From an uncultured Phycisphaerales bacterium (lineage in GTDB: Bacteria > Planctomycetota > Phycisphaerae > Tepidisphaerales > Tepidisphaeraceae): a stretch of 64,000 nucleotides of DNA. Below are positions 58,727 to 64,000 of this stretch, piece after piece; position 1 is the stretch's first letter, and each line of letters begins with the position of its first letter. The DNA is taken from NCBI GenBank assembly GCA_963755915.1, contig CAVWLP010000002.1:4832001-4896000 (forward strand), in the 5' to 3' direction. The notes beneath the pieces were generated by a model that did not search any database, was not told the DNA's origin, and worked only from the letters and a program-made list of their open reading frames with translations. A program made the position numbers and the translations under genes.

Positions 58727-59491
58727 ATGAAGTGGATAGTGATTGCAGCCTGCATGATCGGCTTCGGATTTGCCGCTGGCACCCGGGCGGATGCGACAAG
58801 CGGTGGGCGTTCGGTGTCGGTTGCGGTGACCCCCTTCCATGTGCTTGCCGCCGCGGATAGTCAGTGGCTCGGGCAGGCACTTCAGGAGGGGATTGCGACG
58901 GGGATTCAGAAGACTTCGGGAATAACCGGGATCATCGTGCCGGGGCTTGCCCCTGCGGATACCCTCAGTGCCATCGCCATGGCGAAGCCGGCCGCCGCGG
59001 ATGTGGCGGTCTTTGGGTCGGTTCAGGTCGTCGATAATCAGATCCGGGTGTTGGGACAAGTCATCTCAGTCAGCAGCGGGAAGTCGCTCGGAACTTTGCG
59101 GTGCGATGCTCCGGAGACCGGGCTGTTTGATGCCGAGGACCAGCTTGCCGCCGAGGCGCAGCGGATTTTGACGGCGGCTGTGCCGGCCGCTCATAAGCCG
59201 TCTGCCGCGCCGGCGCCGACGATTCAGTTGGTGGGGCCGACCGTCGCGACCGGGGGCGGCCTGCGGTACGGAAGCGGGGACGTAATGAGTGCGATTACCC
59301 CCCCACCGGGGCACCAGGATGATTACGACCGGTATTACTACTATTCCGCCGACACGGCTGCTGCCGGCTCGTGCTACGGCGCGCCGTTCCCCTTCTATGG
59401 CGGCTTCTGCGGCGGCGGTTTTGGTTTCGGCGGTGGCTGCTTTGGGGGGGCTTCGGTGCTGCCGGTTGTCACTCCCGTTCACGGGTGGTGA
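58727..59491 (+). CDS. secreted hypothetical protein with TolB-N/FlgO-like alpha/beta domain
   Basis: Signal peptide, VAVTPF....DSQWLGQALQE, FGSVQVV..QIRV, Gly/Tyr/Cys-rich tail. Confidence 0.65.
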   Translation: MKWIVIAACMIGFGFAAGTRADATSGGRSVSVAVTPFHVLAAADSQWLGQALQEGIATGIQKTSGITGIIVPGLAPADTLSAIAMAKPAAADVAVFGSVQVVDNQIRVLGQVISVSSGKSLGTLRCDAPETGLFDAEDQLAAEAQRILTAAVPAAHKPSAAPAPTIQLVGPTVATGGGLRYGSGDVMSAITPPPGHQDDYDRYYYYSADTAAAGSCYGAPFPFYGGFCGGGFGFGGGCFGGASVLPVVTPVHGW

Positions 59492-59533
59492 GATTGATTT
59501 TGGGCTGGGCTGCGCAGATGATCCGCAGTCAAG

Positions 59534-60058
59534 ATGACACGAGAACAACTTGCCAAGCGGATTGCGGAGGTTTCGCTTCTTCGCGGGGAATTTATTCTGC
59601 GCAGCGGGCGAAAGAGCAATTACTATCTGGACAAATATCGGTTTGAAACGCAGCCGGACGTGCTGCTGGAATTGGGGAAAATGTTTGCCGAGCGCGTGAC
59701 CGACAAGGTGAATCGGATCGCGGGGGCGGAGCTCGGTGCGGTGCCGCTGGCGGCGGCGGCGGCGATGGCGTGCGGAAAGCCATTTGTCATCGTGCGGAAT
59801 CAGAAGAAGGATTATGGCACGAGCAAATTGGTCGAGGGGGTTTTGAATGCGGGGGATACTGTGCTGATTGTTGAGGACGTACTCACGACTGGCGGGCAGG
59901 TTCTGGAGGCGGCCAAGAGCCTGAAGGATGCGGGGGCGAAGATCGACAGGATTGTCGCCGTCATCGATCGGCAGGAGGGTGCCCGGCAGAATATCGAATC
60001 GGCGGGGTATATCTTCGAGGCCCTGTTCACGACCGACGACCTGGGAATCAGCAAATAA
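59534..60058 (+). CDS. pyrE: orotate phosphoribosyltransferase
   Basis: GEFILRSGRKSNYYLDK, VRNQKKDYGT, PRPP motif IVEDVLTTGG, VIDRQEG. Confidence 0.93.
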   Translation: MTREQLAKRIAEVSLLRGEFILRSGRKSNYYLDKYRFETQPDVLLELGKMFAERVTDKVNRIAGAELGAVPLAAAAAMACGKPFVIVRNQKKDYGTSKLVEGVLNAGDTVLIVEDVLTTGGQVLEAAKSLKDAGAKIDRIVAVIDRQEGARQNIESAGYIFEALFTTDDLGISK

Positions 60059-60060
60059 TC

Positions 60061-60896
60061 ATGAACCGTCTGGCGATTCTGCTGATGATCTGCCTGATGG
60101 CGGCGCGCGGGCGCGCGGCGATGTCAAAACCGATGTCGAGTATGCCAAGGGGGATGATTACAGTGTCAAGCTTGATGCGGGGGTTCCGGATGGGGATGGG
60201 CCGTTTCCGGTGGCGATCCTCGTTCATGGCGGCGGGTGGGCCATTGGGGACAAGGCGGGGCTCTACAGCATTCCGACGGCAGCGCTGACCAAGGCGAAAT
60301 TTACCTGGTTCAGCATCAACTATCGGATGGCGCCGAAATATCTGTGGCCGGATTGCTTTGAGGATATGCAGGCGGCAATTCGGTGGGTGAAGGCGCATGC
60401 GTCGGAATACAAGGGGGATCCGACGCGGATTGCGCTGGTGGGATATTCGGCGGGCGGGCAGCTTGTGTGCCTGGCGGCGACGACCGCGGGGAATGATACG
60501 CGGGTGCAGGCGGTGGTGGGCCTTTCGCCGCCGACGGATCTGGAGCTCGATCTCCCGCAGCGCGGGGGGCTGAGCACGTCGCTTCAACATTTGCTAAATC
60601 GGCCGAAGGAGGTCACGGACGACGCGCGGAAAATTTTGCGGGAGATGTCGGCGATCAATTATGTGAAGCCGGGGCTGCCGCCATTTCTTTTGATGCAGGG
60701 GGATGCGGACAGGAGCGTGCCGTATCAGGGGTCGTTGAATTTTCAGGCAAAGTTGAAGGCCAATGGAGTGCCGTGCGATTTGATCACGCTGAAGGGGTGC
60801 CCGCACGATATTCGGAAGTGGACGCAGTTTGATGCGGATTTTGAGCAGAAGATGGTGGATTGGCTGGTGAAGACGATGGGAAAGCCGAAGAGCTAA
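60061..60896 (+). CDS. secreted alpha/beta hydrolase (esterase); frameshift near 60115
   Basis: HGGGW, nucleophile elbow GYSAGG, QGDAD..VP, catalytic His. Signal peptide is in another frame from 60061. Confidence 0.88.
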
Positions 60897-61660
60897 ACCT
60901 GTGGCGCCGAGCGGTCTTCGGGGGTTTGCTGGGGTTCGTGGGAAATTTCATCAATGGCCTGATCGACCTCGCTGGCGTCGTAGACGCCCAGTTCTTCGAG
61001 GGCGAGGAGGGCGGCTTTCTGTTCGGCCATTTTCTTGTTGGGGCCCCAGGCACTGGGGAAGCGGCGGCCGTCGATGACGACGCAGACCTCGAAGCATTTG
61101 CTGTGGTCGGGACCTTTTTCGTCGAGCAATTCGTAGCCGGGCGTGGCGCTGAGGATTTTTTGGGAGTGCTGCTGCAAGACGGCTTTGAAGTTCTGCTGGT
61201 GGGTGTTGGAAGCGATGGAGTCGATCTTTCCGGTCATCGTGCGCAGGACGTATTGCTTGACGACGTCGAATCCTCCGTCGAGATAAATCGCGGCAACGAT
61301 GGATTCATAGACGGCTGCCGCCAGCGAGCTGGGCATTGCCTCGCGGCTGCTGATGCCCTTGCCGATGATCAGGAGGTCGATCAGTCCGGTTTCGTTTGAA
61401 ACTTCGGCACAGGTTCGCCGTGAAACGACGGCGGATTTGATTTTGGTCAGGTCGCCTTCGAGATATTCGGGGAAACGCTTGTAAAGTGCTTCACAAATGA
61501 TCAGGTCGAGAACGGCATCGCCCAGAAACTCCATGCGCTCATTGCTTTGCAATCGGCTGTCGGCAATCGAGGCGTGGGTGAGAGCTTCCTTAAGAAGGTT
61601 AGGATTGGTGAAGGTATACTGAATTATCTTCTCGGCGCGCTCGCGGGCTTCGGTATTCAC
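60893..61660 (-). CDS. rnc: ribonuclease III
   Basis: ALTHAS, NERMEFLGDAVL, EGDLT, YESIVAAIYLDGG, dsRBD GPDH.K.F...KK.AEQ.AA. Confidence 0.96.
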   Translation of the reverse strand: MNTEARERAEKIIQYTFTNPNLLKEALTHASIADSRLQSNERMEFLGDAVLDLIICEALYKRFPEYLEGDLTKIKSAVVSRRTCAEVSNETGLIDLLIIGKGISSREAMPSSLAAAVYESIVAAIYLDGGFDVVKQYVLRTMTGKIDSIASNTHQQNFKAVLQQHSQKILSATPGYELLDEKGPDHSKCFEVCVVIDGRRFPSAWGPNKKMAEQKAALLALEELGVYDASEVDQAIDEISHEPQQTPEDRSAPQV

Positions 61661-61854
61661 GCAGATGGGGACGATAAGTCATGGACAGTCAGATTTCAAT
61701 CCCAAAGATGAACGCGCAGGCCTGAAAGACGTATGAAATGCTTAACTGGTTTTCGATTCGATACTTGGCTCGGGGGAAAGGGCGTTGGCTTGCGATGGGA
61801 GGGCTGGAAACCTACGATCTGAGGGTGCGGCAAGATGTAAAGATAGGCGCTAAT

Positions 61855-63747
61855 ATGGGCAAATTCGTGGCATTCGCATGGACGGCGCTGGCGGTGGTCC
61901 TCGTGGGATCGGCGGCGGCGCAGACGCAGCCGCAGTCGCTTTTCGACCCCTCCCGCGACTTGCGGATCGCGGAAATTCATCCGGGGATGAAGGGGTATGG
62001 ACTTTCGGTTTTCCGGGGGACCAAGATCGAGAAGTTTGATGTCGACGTGGTGGATGTGATCAAGGATTTCAATCCGAAGTACGATGCGATCCTGATCCGC
62101 TGCCCGCAGGATTTTTTGAAGAATACGGGGCCGATCGAGGGGATGAGCGGGTCGCCGATTTATCTTTTCGACGATTCGGGAAAACCGCGGCTGGCGGGGG
62201 CGTTTGCGTATGGATGGCCGTTTGCCAAGGACTGTTTGGCGGGGGTGCAGCCGATTGAATATATGCTGGAGTTGCCGACCAGCTTCAGCCCCAATGCGAT
62301 GCCCGCGAATCCACCGATGACGGTTGGGGCAAGCGGGCATTTGATCGCGCGGCGGTGGTCGCTGGGGCAGGTTCCGGTGCGGCCGTGGGGACATCCGCGA
62401 CGGGTTAGCGCGATGGCGGGTGGGTCGGATTCACCGATGCGGATGCGGGCTCTGGCAACGCCGCTCATGGTGGGCGGCGTGAATTCGCTGACGCTGGCGC
62501 GGATCTCACCGCTGTTTGAGGGGTCGGGATTGGTGCCGATGCAGGTGGGGAGTGGGACGGGGTCTTTGTCGGGGGATCAGGATCCGCCTCATTTGGAGCC
62601 GGGGTCGGTTTTGGCGGTTCCGCTTCTGACGGGGGATATGGAGCTTACCGCGGTGGGCACTTGCACGGAGATCGTGGGCGATCGCATTTTCGGGTTTGGA
62701 CATTCCTTCAACAACGAGGGGCCGATCGATCTTCCGATCGGGGCCGGGTCGATCGCCGCGGTGGTGGCGAACGTGGAGACGAGCTTCAAGCTGGGGTTCA
62801 TTTCGAAAACCAGCGGGGCGCTGTTTACGGATGAGACGGTGGGCGTGGCGGGACGGGTTGGATCGACGGCGCCGATGGCGCCGCTGCAATTCCGGATCGT
62901 TTACGATGATGGGTCGCTGGATGAGACGTATCACTTTTCCGCGGCGCTGCATCCGAAGCTGACGCCGCTGATCGCGGCGACGGCAGTGCAGATGGTGCTG
63001 AGCGGGGAGAAGAATCTGCCGGAATATCACACGGTGGATTATGACATGAGCGCGGAGTTTGCCGACGGGCACAAGATCCGGGTGAACAATTGCAGCGTGA
63101 ATGGGGACGGGAGCGAAATAGTGGCCGACCTGGCGCTGCCGCTGATTGCCGCGGCGGACAATCCGTTCGCGTATGTGCCGATCACGCAACTGACGGGTAC
63201 GTTTCACGTGAGCGGGGACGCGCGGGCGGCGGATATTCTTTCGGTAACGATTCCCCGCACGAAGTATGAACCTGGGGAGACGATCAAGGGTTTCGTTTCG
63301 TATCTGCCGTTCCACGCGGATGAGGCCAATTTGCCAATCACGTTCGAGCTTCCGCACGATCTGGTAGATGGGCAATACCAACTTGTCGTGTCAGACTGGA
63401 CGCGATACCTGGACGACGAGCGGACGGCCAATCCATACAAATTCAACGCGGAGAACGTGGGGGAGATGTTTTCGGTGATCCGCGACGTGGAAGAGATCCG
63501 GCACGATGCGATCTTCATCCGGCTGGTTCGCCAGGCGGACGGTGTTGCCGTGGGGCATACGGAACTTCGGCGTTTGCCGCCCAGTCAGCGGGAGGTGCTG
63601 CTGGATTCGGGGCGGAGCGACATCACGCCGCTGATTGATTCGACGGTAAAGATCGTGCCGACCGGGCTGGTAATGAACGGGTCGGCGGAGTTCACGATAA
63701 CCATCGAGCGCAAAGGGAAAGTGGAAACCCCCACGTCGGCAAAATGA
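61855..63747 (+). CDS. secreted SpoIVB peptidase S55-like protein
   Basis: Signal peptide, PGMKGYGLSVF.G, catalytic Ser motif GMSGSP, GTCT...FGFGH.F. Confidence 0.85.
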   Translation: MGKFVAFAWTALAVVLVGSAAAQTQPQSLFDPSRDLRIAEIHPGMKGYGLSVFRGTKIEKFDVDVVDVIKDFNPKYDAILIRCPQDFLKNTGPIEGMSGSPIYLFDDSGKPRLAGAFAYGWPFAKDCLAGVQPIEYMLELPTSFSPNAMPANPPMTVGASGHLIARRWSLGQVPVRPWGHPRRVSAMAGGSDSPMRMRALATPLMVGGVNSLTLARISPLFEGSGLVPMQVGSGTGSLSGDQDPPHLEPGSVLAVPLLTGDMELTAVGTCTEIVGDRIFGFGHSFNNEGPIDLPIGAGSIAAVVANVETSFKLGFISKTSGALFTDETVGVAGRVGSTAPMAPLQFRIVYDDGSLDETYHFSAALHPKLTPLIAATAVQMVLSGEKNLPEYHTVDYDMSAEFADGHKIRVNNCSVNGDGSEIVADLALPLIAAADNPFAYVPITQLTGTFHVSGDARAADILSVTIPRTKYEPGETIKGFVSYLPFHADEANLPITFELPHDLVDGQYQLVVSDWTRYLDDERTANPYKFNAENVGEMFSVIRDVEEIRHDAIFIRLVRQADGVAVGHTELRRLPPSQREVLLDSGRSDITPLIDSTVKIVPTGLVMNGSAEFTITIERKGKVETPTSAK

Positions 63748-63770
63748 ATAAACACTGGGTGGAACAGCAA

Positions 63771-64000
63771 ATGAAGATGATTTCACGTACAGGCCTCTCG
63801 GTATTGCTGGCCGCGCTATTTCTAGTTGCGCCGTCGGTTCGCGCGGTGACAACGTCGCACTGGTCGCAGGATAATCAGACGGATTTCAAAGCGGGGACAT
63901 CGCACGACGTGGTGGTCACCAACCAGGGGGAAGTGAAGCTTTCCCGGGCCGTGAAAGTAATCAAGGAGCAGGACGCGAACATTACCTCTGTCAATGCGCT
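63771..64000 (+). CDS. secreted hypothetical protein, 5' partial; probably co-transcribed with the S55 peptidase
   Basis: MKMISRTGLSVLLAALFLVAPSVRAVTTSHWSQDNQTDFKAGTSHDVVVTNQGEVKLSR, open to the window end. Confidence 0.75.
   Translation, partial: MKMISRTGLSVLLAALFLVAPSVRAVTTSHWSQDNQTDFKAGTSHDVVVTNQGEVKLSRAVKVIKEQDANITSVNA

Overview
High-GC chromosomal window from a probable planctomycete (Phycisphaerae/Tepidisphaerales-like). This is inferred from the RpoB/RpoC sequences, an ECF sigma-Ser/Thr kinase pair and a eukaryote-type UDP-GlcNAc pyrophosphorylase. Many 1-bp indels, even in rpoB, rpoC, clpC and murEF-mraY, point to uncorrected long-read error, so I joined split ORFs by eye and some ends are approximate. 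Housekeeping genes: aroF, ispG, argC, lepB, dedA, clpC, a stand-alone rpoBC, murE-murF-mraY, htpX, pyrE, rnc, tRNA-Pro(TGG) and tRNA-Ser(GCT). Accessory genes: ClC and SulP transporters, glycosyltransferases, a VapBC-like pair, an NLR-like DUF4062-STAND-TPR gene and several secreted hypotheticals. The best unannotated signal is a complete ribosome-dependent attenuator upstream of DAHP synthase. Its 24-aa leader peptide contains YWGWFGGYFY, so it could sense Trp, Tyr and Phe together, and the promoter, antiterminator and terminator are all visible. Other notable features: a MITE inserted into a REP with a TAA duplication, REPs recruited into coding sequence, strand-independent C/G-skew domains, a 3-copy intergenic motif, in-frame ambers in two potentially toxic genes, and an apparently circularly permuted SpoIVB-type protease. 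No CRISPR array, rRNA, integrase or transposase was seen.
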